NCBI RefSeq assembly: GCF_049478495.1
Contig: NZ_CP168083.1
Coordinates: 892,450 to 924,449 of the forward strand
DNA: 32,000 bases
Direction of reading: 5' to 3'
Source of the DNA: Mycoplasma sp. P36-A1
Lineage (GTDB): Bacteria; Bacillota_I; Bacilli_A; JAJDGJ01
Part shown: positions 1-9,347 of the stretch, piece by piece
Numbering within the stretch: position 1 is the first letter of the stretch
Layout: every line of letters begins with the position of its first letter
Position numbers and translations under genes: made by a program
Notes under the pieces: generated by a model
Database searches by the model: none
What the model saw: the letters and a program-made list of their open reading frames with translations, nothing else
What the model was told of the DNA's origin: nothing

Positions 1-101
1 ATCCTCTTTTTTTAAATAAAAGTAATAGTTAATAACTTGTAAATAATTTGTGTTCATGATAATATTATTTTAATTATTGAAAATAAAAGGGGGATTTATA
101 T

Positions 102-1130
102 ATGTACAGTTTTGAAAGTGATTATAGTGAGGGAGCTCATCCAAATATACTTAAAGCAATGGTTCAAGCTAATTTAGATCAAACTTCAGGTTATGGTTTT
201 GATTCATATACAGAGAAAGCTACAGAAATTTTAAAAGATAAATTACAAAATAATAATGTAGACATTCATTTTTTTGTAGGGGGAACAATTACTAATTTAA
301 CTGCTTTATCATCTTTTCTAAGACCTCATGAAGCAATTATATGTACTGATGAAGGGCATATAGCAACTCATGAAGCTGGTGCAATAGAAGCAACTGGTCA
401 TAAAGTAATAGCAATAGAAAATACAAATGGAAAATTAGATCCAATTAAAGCAGAAAAAGAGATTTTAAAGCATGAAGATTTCCATATGGTTAAACCAAAA
501 TGTCTATATATTTCTAATGCTACAGAGTTAGGAACTACTTACACTAAAGCTGAACTATTAGAATTAAGATCTTTAGCAGACAAGTATAACATGATATTAT
601 ACATGGATGGTGCAAGATTAGCTAATGCTTTAGTAGCAGAAAATAATGATGTAACACTAGAAGATCTTTGTAATATTTTTGATATGTTTTATATAGGAGC
701 AACCAAAAATGGTGCTCTATTTGGAGAAGCATTAGTAATAGTTAATGATAAATTAAAGCCAGAATTTAAATATATTTGTAAACAAAAAGGTACTATTTAT
801 GTTAAAAATAAATTTCTTGCGATTCAGTTTATTGAATTGTTTACAAATGATTTATATTTCAAGTTAGCCTTACATGCTAATACATTAGCTAGAAAACTTG
901 AAAAATCATTTGTAGAGAATGGATTTGAAATATTTATTGAAACAAATGCAAATCAATTGTTTGTAATTATTGAAAATGAAGTTTTAGAAGAGTTTGAAAG
1001 AGAGTTCTCAAGCGTTATCTGGGGACCATATAATGAAAATAAGTCACTAGTAAGATATACAACTTCTTGGGCAACTAAAGAAGGTAAAGTGGAGGAATTT
1101 ATTAAATTAATAGAACAATATAAAAGGTAG
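102..1130 (+). CDS. Threonine aldolase / beta-eliminating lyase family PLP enzyme
   Basis: 342 aa ORF with fold-type I PLP features: GGTxTNLTALSSFLRPHEAIICTDEGHIATHEAGAIE, YMDGARLANAL, and a FYIGATKNGALFGEA segment holding the likely PLP lysine. AGGGGG RBS upstream. Confidence 0.88.
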   Translation: MYSFESDYSEGAHPNILKAMVQANLDQTSGYGFDSYTEKATEILKDKLQNNNVDIHFFVGGTITNLTALSSFLRPHEAIICTDEGHIATHEAGAIEATGHKVIAIENTNGKLDPIKAEKEILKHEDFHMVKPKCLYISNATELGTTYTKAELLELRSLADKYNMILYMDGARLANALVAENNDVTLEDLCNIFDMFYIGATKNGALFGEALVIVNDKLKPEFKYICKQKGTIYVKNKFLAIQFIELFTNDLYFKLALHANTLARKLEKSFVENGFEIFIETNANQLFVIIENEVLEEFEREFSSVIWGPYNENKSLVRYTTSWATKEGKVEEFIKLIEQYKR

Positions 1131-1139
1131 GTGTTAATA

Positions 1140-2027
1140 ATGGCAAAAGAAAAAAAGGAGTTAAGAGTTGGAATTGTTCAAGCTACTCCATATTTATTTG
1201 ATGTCAATAAAACGGTAGATAAAGCCATAAAACTAATAAGTAAAGCTTCAAAAAATAATGTTGAACTATTAGTTTTTCCACAATCTTTTATACCTTGTTA
1301 TCCATATGCAATAAATATAGGTTCAGAATTTGGACTTTCAACTAATTATGGGCAAGATAACAAGCTAAAATTTTACAAAAATAGTATTTCTTTAGGCGAT
1401 GCTAATATGAGTAAATTATTAAACAAATGCAAAGAAAATAATATAAACATTTCAATAGGAATTAGTGAATATGATTATGAGAATAATCAGTTATATAATA
1501 CTAATCTTTTAATTGATAAAAAAGGTGAAATAATTTTAAATAGTAAAAACAATAATTTAGTTGGTTTAGAGTCAATATTGTGGCAAGAAAGTAAAGAGCA
1601 ACAACAATACACTGCAAAGCTAGATCAATGTAATGTGGGTATATTAAATAATTTTGAAAATTATAATCCATTAGCAAGAAGTTATATGTATTTAAATAAT
1701 ATAGAAATCTATTGTGCACCAAACAGTAATGATTCTTTAGAGTGGCAAGAAGCAATTCAATTCATAGCTAAAGAAAGTAAATCTTTTGTTCTTAGTGCTT
1801 GTCAATATTCATATATTGAAGATAAAGAAGATAAATTAACTTTATCATCAATATCAAATAAAAAAATATTACGAGGTGGAAGTGCCATAATTGATCCAAA
1901 AGGAAACTACATTATTGGTCCAATTTATGATAAAGAAGCGCTTCTTATTGCAAATATAAGTCTTGAAGAAGTTATTGAAGCTAGATTAGATATAAATCCA
2001 AAAGACATGATAAATAAAGTTATATAG
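1140..2027 (+). CDS. Carbon-nitrogen hydrolase (nitrilase) superfamily protein, probably catalytically inactive
   Basis: Nitrilase-like motifs LLVFPQSFIPCYPY and GILNNFENYNPLAR; catalytic positions altered. The track starts at GTG 1131, but ATG 1140 has better spacing to AGGTAGGTG. Confidence 0.8.
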   Translation: MAKEKKELRVGIVQATPYLFDVNKTVDKAIKLISKASKNNVELLVFPQSFIPCYPYAINIGSEFGLSTNYGQDNKLKFYKNSISLGDANMSKLLNKCKENNINISIGISEYDYENNQLYNTNLLIDKKGEIILNSKNNNLVGLESILWQESKEQQQYTAKLDQCNVGILNNFENYNPLARSYMYLNNIEIYCAPNSNDSLEWQEAIQFIAKESKSFVLSACQYSYIEDKEDKLTLSSISNKKILRGGSAIIDPKGNYIIGPIYDKEALLIANISLEEVIEARLDINPKDMINKVI

Positions 2028-2028
2028 T

Positions 2029-2059
2029 AAAATGCCATCTACATAGTAGATGGCATTTT
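2029..2059 (+). terminator. Strong intrinsic terminator
   Basis: Perfect 14-bp stem AAAATGCCATCTAC-ATA-GTAGATGGCATTTT followed by a pyrimidine-rich tract. Confidence 0.85.
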
Positions 2060-2369
2060 CTTCTTTTAGAACTATTGTCCTTATGGGGTTCGAGAGTTCT
2101 TTTACTCCCACAATTAATATAACATTTGAATTATTTTATTACAATTAATAATCTATACAAATAAAGAAAAAAGTACTAATTTATAAAAAGTAAACAAAAT
2201 TAAGTAAAAATTACTTAAATTAATGATAGTATTGAATTTATTAAAAGTATAACTAATAAATATAATAAAGACAATTGATTAAAATATAAAACATAAATTA
2301 TAAAATAACCAACATAAAAAACTTATATACAAAAATACACAAGTAAACAAATAGATTTGTGTTTGAACA

Positions 2370-2378
2370 TGTTATAAT
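2370..2378 (+). promoter_or_regulatory. Extended -10 promoter upstream of mutM
   Basis: TGTTATAAT (TGn-TATAAT) about 20 nt upstream of the start codon; no convincing -35. Confidence 0.45.
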
Positions 2379-2398
2379 ATATATTGAGGTGATAAAGC

Positions 2399-3214
2399 AT
2401 GCCAGAGCTTCCGGAAGTAGAAACTGTAGTGCAAACTTTGAAGAAATTAATACTAGATAGAACAATAATTAAGGTAGAAGTATTATGGGAAAACATTATT
2501 GATAAAATTGAAGTTATTGATTTTAAAGAAAAAGTTAAAAATCAAAAGATTAAAGATATTCATCGTCAAGGTAAAATTATAATATTTGAACTTGATGATT
2601 ATTTTATGTTGTCCCATTTAAGAATGGAAGGCAAATATTATTATTCAAAACAACCTAAGATTGATAAACATTCACATGTCATATTTTACTTAGATAATGA
2701 TATGTATTTAATATATAATGATGTTAGAAAATTTGGAAAAATATCATTAGTAAAAAAAGAATTATTAATGACACATCCATATTTATTAAAACTTGCTAAA
2801 GAGCCCTTTAATATGTCAAAAGAAGAGCTATTTAATTCTTTATCAAAAAGTAATAAAGCAATAAAGACCGTTTTACTAGATCAAAATATTTTAGCAGGTT
2901 TAGGCAATATATATGTAGATGAAGTATTGTTTTTATCTAAAATACATCCAGAAACGCCAGCAAAATCAATTACATTAAAGCAATCACAAGATATTATAAA
3001 CAATTCTATTATTACTTTAAATAAAGCTATTTCACTTGGTGGAACTACGATTAGATCATATACATCAAGTTTAGGTGTTACTGGAAAGTTTCAAAATGAA
3101 TTAAATGTTCATACAAAAAAAGATGAACCGTGTATTAATTGCGGTAGTAAAATTATTAAGATAAAAGTCAATGGAAGAGGTAGCTATTTATGTCCAAACT
3201 GTCAAAAAAAATAA
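2399..3214 (+). CDS. mutM: Formamidopyrimidine-DNA glycosylase
   Basis: N-terminal MPELPEVETV, DQNILAGLGNIYVDEVLF, and C-terminal zinc finger CINCGSKI...YLCPNCQ. Confidence 0.97.
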   Translation: MPELPEVETVVQTLKKLILDRTIIKVEVLWENIIDKIEVIDFKEKVKNQKIKDIHRQGKIIIFELDDYFMLSHLRMEGKYYYSKQPKIDKHSHVIFYLDNDMYLIYNDVRKFGKISLVKKELLMTHPYLLKLAKEPFNMSKEELFNSLSKSNKAIKTVLLDQNILAGLGNIYVDEVLFLSKIHPETPAKSITLKQSQDIINNSIITLNKAISLGGTTIRSYTSSLGVTGKFQNELNVHTKKDEPCINCGSKIIKIKVNGRGSYLCPNCQKK

Positions 3215-3804
3215 TTATAGGACTTACAGGTAATATAGCAAGCGGTAAAAGTAGCGCTTCTTCATATCTTAAAATAAAAGGATATCAAATAATTGATACT
3301 GATCTAATTACCCAACAACTATATGATTATAATGCGGTTTTTAAAAAAGAAATAGTTAAAATATTTACTGAAAATATTATTGTAGATAATAAAATAGACA
3401 AAAATAAAATATCACAGATTGTATTTGATGATAAAGAAAAATTAAAACAGTTAGAAGAAGTAGCTCATAATATGATATTTGATAAATCAATGGAATTAGT
3501 AAGAGAATCTAAAAACAAATTAATAATATTTGATGTTCCATTACTATTTGAATCAAATTTCAATAAAATATGTGATAAGGTTATTTTTATTTATATTGAT
3601 GAAGAAATACAACTAAAAAGACTATTACTAAGAAATAACTATGATTTAAATTATGCTAAAAAAAGAATATATGCATTACAACCGCAAGAAATTAAAGTAA
3701 AGAAAGCTGATTTTATAATTGATAATAGTACAAATTTAGAAAATTTATATAGACAATTAGACTCAGTAATGAAAAATATAAAAGAGGAATATAAAATATG
3801 TTAA
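3190..3804 (+). CDS. coaE: Dephospho-CoA kinase
   Basis: P-loop [12 protein letters not shown]; DTDLITQ; DVPLLFES. Overlaps the 3' end of mutM by 25 nt, with GGAAGAGG upstream inside mutM. Confidence 0.93.
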   Translation: MSKLSKKIIIGLTGNIASGKSSASSYLKIKGYQIIDTDLITQQLYDYNAVFKKEIVKIFTENIIVDNKIDKNKISQIVFDDKEKLKQLEEVAHNMIFDKSMELVRESKNKLIIFDVPLLFESNFNKICDKVIFIYIDEEIQLKRLLLRNNYDLNYAKKRIYALQPQEIKVKKADFIIDNSTNLENLYRQLDSVMKNIKEEYKIC

Positions 3805-4673
3805 AAATAGGAAGTCATGTAGGAATGAGTGCACCAGATTATTTAGAACAAGCTGTAAAAGATGCTGTATCATATAATGCTAATACCTTTATGTTTTATA
3901 CAGGTGCACCACAAAATACTAGAAGAAAACCAATAAGTGATCTTCATATTGAAGAAGCTAAAATACTTATGGAAAAAAATAATATAGACATTAACGATAT
4001 TGTTGTTCATTCACCATATATAATTAACCTAGCTAATACAATAAAACCAGAGACATTTGAGTTAGCTGTAAGTTTTCTTATCCAAGAAATTGATAGGGTA
4101 GAACAAATTGGTGCTAAATATTTAGTACTTCATCCTGGTAGTCATGTAAAAGCTGGTGAACAAGTTGGTTTAGACCAAATAGTAAAAGGTTTAAATGAAT
4201 CATTAAAACATGATCAAAAAGTAGAAATATGTCTAGAAACAATGGCAGGTAAGGGCAGTGAATTAGGAATAAGTTTTGAGCAAATAAAATATTTGATAGA
4301 TAATGTCGATAATAATCATTTATTAAAGGTATGCTTAGATACTTGTCACTTACATGATGCTGGATATGATTTAAATGATTTTGATAGAATATTAAAAGAA
4401 TTTGATGAAATAATTGGTCTTGATAAATTAAAAGTTATTCATGTTAACGATTCAAAAAATATAAAAGGTGCAAAAAAAGATAGACATGCTAATTTAGGAT
4501 ATGGAGAAATAGGCTTTGAAACTCTTTGCAAAATAGTAAATCATCCAAAGTTAAATGATGTAATAAAAATCTTAGAGACTCCTTGGCATGAAGGTAAACC
4601 ATACTATAAAAAAGAAATAGAAATGCTTAGATCTAAAAAATATGATGCAGGATACTTAGAAAATGAAATATAG
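3798..4673 (+). CDS. nfo: Endonuclease IV (apurinic)
   Basis: [70 protein letters not shown] motifs. Confidence 0.97.
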   Translation: MLKIGSHVGMSAPDYLEQAVKDAVSYNANTFMFYTGAPQNTRRKPISDLHIEEAKILMEKNNIDINDIVVHSPYIINLANTIKPETFELAVSFLIQEIDRVEQIGAKYLVLHPGSHVKAGEQVGLDQIVKGLNESLKHDQKVEICLETMAGKGSELGISFEQIKYLIDNVDNNHLLKVCLDTCHLHDAGYDLNDFDRILKEFDEIIGLDKLKVIHVNDSKNIKGAKKDRHANLGYGEIGFETLCKIVNHPKLNDVIKILETPWHEGKPYYKKEIEMLRSKKYDAGYLENEI

Positions 4674-6261
4674 AATATTAGATACTTCAATGAGTGATAT
4701 TATTGAACAAAATACTTGCCTTCCAAAACTTGCATCCATAGTTTTAGCATCAAAAAATAAGACGTTGATAAAAGACTATTTAAATTATAAGTATAAAAAA
4801 CCAGAGTTTGAAATGATGGATGATGCTGTTGAAATAATAAGAGTTCATATGAATAATAAAAATAAGATAATGATTATGGGAGATTATGATTGTGATGGTA
4901 TACTAGCAACTACAATCTTAGCTAAAACATTTGATTTATTAGACTATGAAAACTATAAATTTTATATTCCTAATAGAATTAAAGATGGTTATGGAATTAA
5001 TCCTAAAATAGTTGATAGCTTCATAAAAGAAGATGTAGATCTAATAATTACTGTAGACAATGGTATAAATGCTACAAGTGCAATAGAACATTGTATAGAA
5101 AACAATATTGCAATTATAATAACCGATCATCATACATTAGATTCATCATACATTAATAATGTTACATATATACATCCTTCATTATCTAATTTAGATTATG
5201 AAATTAGTGGTGGAATGGTAGCTTATTTTCTTGCAAGTGCTTTATTAAATAGAGAAGATGATTATTTACAAGCCTTAGCTTCTATAACAACTATATCAGA
5301 TGTAATGCCTTTAATTAAAGGTAATCGAAAATTTGTAAGAATGGGTTTAGCAAGTATTAATAAGTACAATTATTTGCCAATAAAATTATTGAGTAATAAT
5401 TTTGTTGATAGTTCTGCAATAGGTTCAAATATTGCTCCTAAAATAAATGCTTTAGGAAGATTACCTGAGTTGTATGATCCAAATTTATTAGTACATTATT
5501 TTAAATCAAATAAGAAAGAAGTTCAAAAAAACTTTGCAAATGAAATAGAAAATGTAAATAAAAAAAGAAAAGAAATCAGTAATGAATTTTATAATAAGCA
5601 TAAAGATTCAAAAATTAATAATAACTTCTTATTTATTGAAGATAAAGAAATGCATGAGGGTCTAATTGGATTAATCGCTTCACGCTTTTCTAATGAATTT
5701 AATTGTGTATGCTTAGTTAGTACAACTAATAATAGCGAACATAAGGCTAGTCTAAGAAGCATTGAAGGTATAAATGTCTATGATATAGTTAAAAAAAATG
5801 AAAAGTTATTTAAAAAATATGGTGGACATTCACAAGCAATGGGAATGAGTTTTGAAGAAAATGAGGTAGAGAATATTCAAAATATGTTTGTTGATAATCT
5901 TTCAACATTAGATGTGAAAGAAAAAATATATGATGTTATCAATGTAGATTTAAAACTACTAAATGTTGAAAATATTAAGAACTTAAGATATTTAGAACCA
6001 TTTGGAAATGGGTTTGATATGCCACTATTTATCTTAAAGGATGCTATAGTAACTAAGGTTACAAAACTATCAAAAGGAGTACATCATAAAGTATCTTTAC
6101 TATTTAAAGATTATTCAGCAGATGTAATGTTTTTCTTTTCGCAAAACATTGATTTGAAAATAAATGATAATATAAATTTAATTGTAAAAGTAGGTATAAA
6201 TAATTTTAGAAATAATGAAAGTGTTAGTATGATTGTCGAATCATATGAATATCTAACATAA
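4663..6261 (+). CDS. recJ: Single-stranded-DNA-specific exonuclease RecJ (short DHH/DHHA1 form)
   Basis: DHH family motifs [27 protein letters not shown], plus C-terminal [10 protein letters not shown]. Overlaps nfo. Confidence 0.9.
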   Translation: MKYRILDTSMSDIIEQNTCLPKLASIVLASKNKTLIKDYLNYKYKKPEFEMMDDAVEIIRVHMNNKNKIMIMGDYDCDGILATTILAKTFDLLDYENYKFYIPNRIKDGYGINPKIVDSFIKEDVDLIITVDNGINATSAIEHCIENNIAIIITDHHTLDSSYINNVTYIHPSLSNLDYEISGGMVAYFLASALLNREDDYLQALASITTISDVMPLIKGNRKFVRMGLASINKYNYLPIKLLSNNFVDSSAIGSNIAPKINALGRLPELYDPNLLVHYFKSNKKEVQKNFANEIENVNKKRKEISNEFYNKHKDSKINNNFLFIEDKEMHEGLIGLIASRFSNEFNCVCLVSTTNNSEHKASLRSIEGINVYDIVKKNEKLFKKYGGHSQAMGMSFEENEVENIQNMFVDNLSTLDVKEKIYDVINVDLKLLNVENIKNLRYLEPFGNGFDMPLFILKDAIVTKVTKLSKGVHHKVSLLFKDYSADVMFFFSQNIDLKINDNINLIVKVGINNFRNNESVSMIVESYEYLT

Positions 6262-6275
6262 GTTAACTACATATA

Positions 6276-6304
6276 TTGTAAAGGCATTACAATTATAATA
6301 TAAT
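6276..6304 (+). promoter_or_regulatory. Sigma-A-type promoter for apt-relA
   Basis: TTGTAA - 17 nt - TATAAT in the intergenic gap. Confidence 0.6.
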
Positions 6305-6335
6305 AAACTAGTTAAAAAGAAAGTAGAGGGTTTTT

Positions 6336-6848
6336 ATGGACTTAAAAAAATATATAGCAAGAGTAGATGACTTTCCTAAAGAAGGAATTGTATTTAGAGA
6401 TATAACTCCATTGATGGCAGATGGTGATGCCTTTAAGTATGCTACAGATCAGTTTACTGAATATGTTAAAAGCATTGATGCTGACATTATAGTTGGACCA
6501 GAAGCAAGAGGATTTATATTTGGGTGTCCTGTTGCAACAAATCTAAAAAAAGGATTTATACCTGTTAGAAAACCTGGTAAATTACCTAGAGAAACAGTAT
6601 GTTCAGAATATGATTTAGAATATGGAAGTAATACATTATGCATGCATGCAGATTCAATACACAAAGGACAAAAAATAGTTATTGTTGACGATCTTTTGGC
6701 CACTGGTGGAACTGTAAAAGCAACAATTGATTTAATAGAAAGAATGGGTGGAGAGGTAGTAGGATGTGCCTTCTTAATAGAATTAGTAGAATTAGAAGGG
6801 CGTAAATTACTAGATGGATATAATGTCATCTCACTAATGGAATATTAA
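6336..6848 (+). CDS. apt: Adenine phosphoribosyltransferase
   Basis: [23 protein letters not shown]; PRPP-binding [16 protein letters not shown]. Confidence 0.97.
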   Translation: MDLKKYIARVDDFPKEGIVFRDITPLMADGDAFKYATDQFTEYVKSIDADIIVGPEARGFIFGCPVATNLKKGFIPVRKPGKLPRETVCSEYDLEYGSNTLCMHADSIHKGQKIVIVDDLLATGGTVKATIDLIERMGGEVVGCAFLIELVELEGRKLLDGYNVISLMEY

Positions 6849-6849
6849 T

Positions 6850-9045
6850 ATGGATAATCAGTCTATCAAAAGTGATGTCGTTATTCCTTTTGATACTTTA
6901 TTAAAATATACTACACCTTACATTCATAGTACAGAATATATAGATTTAATCCGCAAAGCTTATGATTTTGCGGTTTTAAAGCATGCAACACAAATTAGAA
7001 AAAGTGGTGAACCTTACGTTAATCATGTAATAAATGTCGCTATTATACTTGCTAAACTACAAGTAGCACCTAATGTTATAATATCTGGTTTATTACATGA
7101 TGTTGTTGAAGATCAAGATGTAACTGTAAAAGAATTAGAACAAATGTTTAATGCTGAAGTAGCAACAATTGTTGAAGCAGTCACTAAACTTGGTAATCTA
7201 CCAACATTTAACGAAGCTGAATACCAAGCTGAAAATCATCGTAAAATTTTTATTGCAATGTCTAAAGATATTAGAGTAATATTAGTTAAACTTGCAGATA
7301 GATTACATAATATGCTAACTCTACAATATATGCCATCTCATAAACAAAAAAGAATTGCTCAAGAAACTTTAGATGTTTATGCACCTATAGCCCATAGACT
7401 AGGTTTAGGAGAAATAAAAGCTACTTTAGAAGATAAATGTTTATATTACTTAGATCAAAAAAAATACTTTGAATTAGTAGAGCTAGTGAATATGAAAAAA
7501 AGAGAAAGAGACGAATTAGTCGAAGATATGATAAAAGCCGTTGACTCTTTACTAGTTTCTAATAATATCATAGTAGATATATCAGGAAGATCAAAACACT
7601 TATATTCTATTTACAAAAAAATGGTTTATAAGCATAAAAAATTTGATGAGATTTATGACTTACAGGCAATAAGAATAATCTGTAAAGATGTTATGACATG
7701 TTATGGAGTTTTAGGATTAATTCATAACATGTATCGACCAATACCAGGTAGATTTAAAGATTACATAGCAATGAAAAAGCCCAATATGTATCAATCACTC
7801 CACACAACAATAATTGGTGTAGGAGGAGTTATTTTTGAGCTACAAATAAGAACAAAAGAAATGGATGAAATTGCTGAAAGAGGATTTGCTGCCCATTGGC
7901 GTTACAAAGAAGGTAGTGAAAAAATTTCTCAACAAGCATTAGAAGAACAATTACATTGGTTTAGAGATTTTGTATCCTTAAGTGATGATGCTGATGATGT
8001 ACAAGCTCAAGAATATATGCATAATTTACAAAGAGATATTTTTGAAGCTAATGTATATGCATTAACGCCAAAAGGAAAAGTAATATCATTACCTAATGAA
8101 TCATCAGTAATTGATTTTGCCTATAGAATTCACTCTAAAGTAGCTGAAAACATGACTGGAGCACTTGTAAATGGAAACTTTGTTCCATTTAACACAAAGC
8201 TAAAAACAGGTGATGTCATCGAAATACAAACACAAAAAAATGCGCCAGGTCCATCCGAAGGTTGGCTAGATATAGTAAAAACAGGGAATGCTCGTCAAAA
8301 AATAAAACAATACTTAAAAGCAAAAGATGAAGCAGAAAGAAAAGAATATATTGATAAAGGCCGCTCGATGCTAAATAAAGCAGCAAAAGTTCGTAAATTA
8401 GATGAGCATAAGCTAGAACAAAAAGAAGGTATTGAAAGAGCACTTAAGTTTTACAAAGTATCAGGCTTTGAAGAAGTATTGTTTAAGTTAGGTCATGGTA
8501 AAGCAGACGTAGATGAAGTTATCGACTCAATATATAACATTAAACCTATATTTTCAATTCCCAAACTTTTAAAAAAGAAAGTTACCAATATACAATCTGT
8601 AGATAAAGGTGTAATAGTAGATGGCATAGATCAAATTGCTGTAGAACTTGCTAACTGTTGTAGTCCAATACCAGGAGATGAAATTATTGGATATGTATCA
8701 AGTGGTAGTGCTATAAAAGTTCACAGAATTGATTGTCCAAATGTAAAACACTTAAATCAAAATGCTTTATTGCCAGTTTATTGGGATCCTCTAGCATTGA
8801 AAGGAAAATATTATTTTGTTGATGTTGTTATAAAAGCACTTGATCGTAGTTATCTTTTAAGTGACATAGTTACAACACTATCCCAAAACAATATTCAAGT
8901 ACAATCAATTGATAATAAATTAGGGGATATAGATGTAGATATAAACCTAACTATTAGAGTTTCAAATGGAGAACAATTAAAAAGAGTAATGGAGAATTTC
9001 AAAAAAATAGATAGTGTTTCTGCAGTTATTAGAGTAACAAAATAA
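6850..9045 (+). CDS. relA: Bifunctional (p)ppGpp synthetase/hydrolase, Rel/SpoT family
   Basis: HD domain (HATQIRKSGEPYVNHV, LLHDVVED), synthetase region (YKKMVYKHKKFDEIYDLQAIRII, GRFKDYIAMKKPNMYQSLHT), TGS domain (VYALTPKGKVISLP) and C-terminal ACT region. Confidence 0.97.
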   Translation: MDNQSIKSDVVIPFDTLLKYTTPYIHSTEYIDLIRKAYDFAVLKHATQIRKSGEPYVNHVINVAIILAKLQVAPNVIISGLLHDVVEDQDVTVKELEQMFNAEVATIVEAVTKLGNLPTFNEAEYQAENHRKIFIAMSKDIRVILVKLADRLHNMLTLQYMPSHKQKRIAQETLDVYAPIAHRLGLGEIKATLEDKCLYYLDQKKYFELVELVNMKKRERDELVEDMIKAVDSLLVSNNIIVDISGRSKHLYSIYKKMVYKHKKFDEIYDLQAIRIICKDVMTCYGVLGLIHNMYRPIPGRFKDYIAMKKPNMYQSLHTTIIGVGGVIFELQIRTKEMDEIAERGFAAHWRYKEGSEKISQQALEEQLHWFRDFVSLSDDADDVQAQEYMHNLQRDIFEANVYALTPKGKVISLPNESSVIDFAYRIHSKVAENMTGALVNGNFVPFNTKLKTGDVIEIQTQKNAPGPSEGWLDIVKTGNARQKIKQYLKAKDEAERKEYIDKGRSMLNKAAKVRKLDEHKLEQKEGIERALKFYKVSGFEEVLFKLGHGKADVDEVIDSIYNIKPIFSIPKLLKKKVTNIQSVDKGVIVDGIDQIAVELANCCSPIPGDEIIGYVSSGSAIKVHRIDCPNVKHLNQNALLPVYWDPLALKGKYYFVDVVIKALDRSYLLSDIVTTLSQNNIQVQSIDNKLGDIDVDINLTIRVSNGEQLKRVMENFKKIDSVSAVIRVTK

Positions 9046-9089
9046 AATAATAAATTTTATAGTGATACTTTAAAATTAGATTTATGACA

Positions 9090-9112
9090 AAGCGATTAAT
9101 TTCGCTTTTTTT
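9090..9112 (+). terminator. Intrinsic terminator after relA
   Basis: AAGCGA-TTAATT-TCGCTT followed by a T-run. Confidence 0.7.
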
Positions 9113-9252
9113 ATTTGAGCTAGAATATCATTAACAGAATAAGAAAAAGCAAGAATAGCTAAAAAAAAACTCTAAAATTGCTCTAAGAACAATAACAGAA
9201 CAAAAAAATGAATAAAAAGCATATAAAATACATCTAGATAGGTATCATTAAA

Positions 9253-9281
9253 TTGACAAGTAGTGGTATTTTTCTTATAAT
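9253..9281 (+). promoter_or_regulatory. Near-consensus sigma-A promoter for hisS-aspS
   Basis: TTGACA - 17 nt - TATAAT, about 70 nt upstream of the hisS ATG. Confidence 0.85.
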
Positions 9282-9347
9282 AAAAGGTAGTTAAATGACA
9301 TAAAATCAATAAAAAAAGACTTGATTTTTAATGAAAGGGTGAGATGA

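Noticed and set aside
1501-1755. 84 aa minus-strand ORF inside the nitrilase-like gene
   Set aside because: Fully antisense to a supported gene; Tyr/Leu/Phe-rich composition typical of AT-rich antisense frames; no RBS.
2100-2370. AT-rich intergenic stretch examined for CRISPR, tandem repeats or small ORFs
   Set aside because: No regularly spaced direct repeats and no ORF with an RBS; homopolymer-rich noise only.
6449-6829. 126 aa minus-strand ORF in apt
   Set aside because: Antisense shadow of a clear apt coding sequence with no recognisable domain.
8216-8443. 75 aa minus-strand ORF in relA
   Set aside because: Antisense to a conserved Rel/SpoT coding region, Leu-rich noise.
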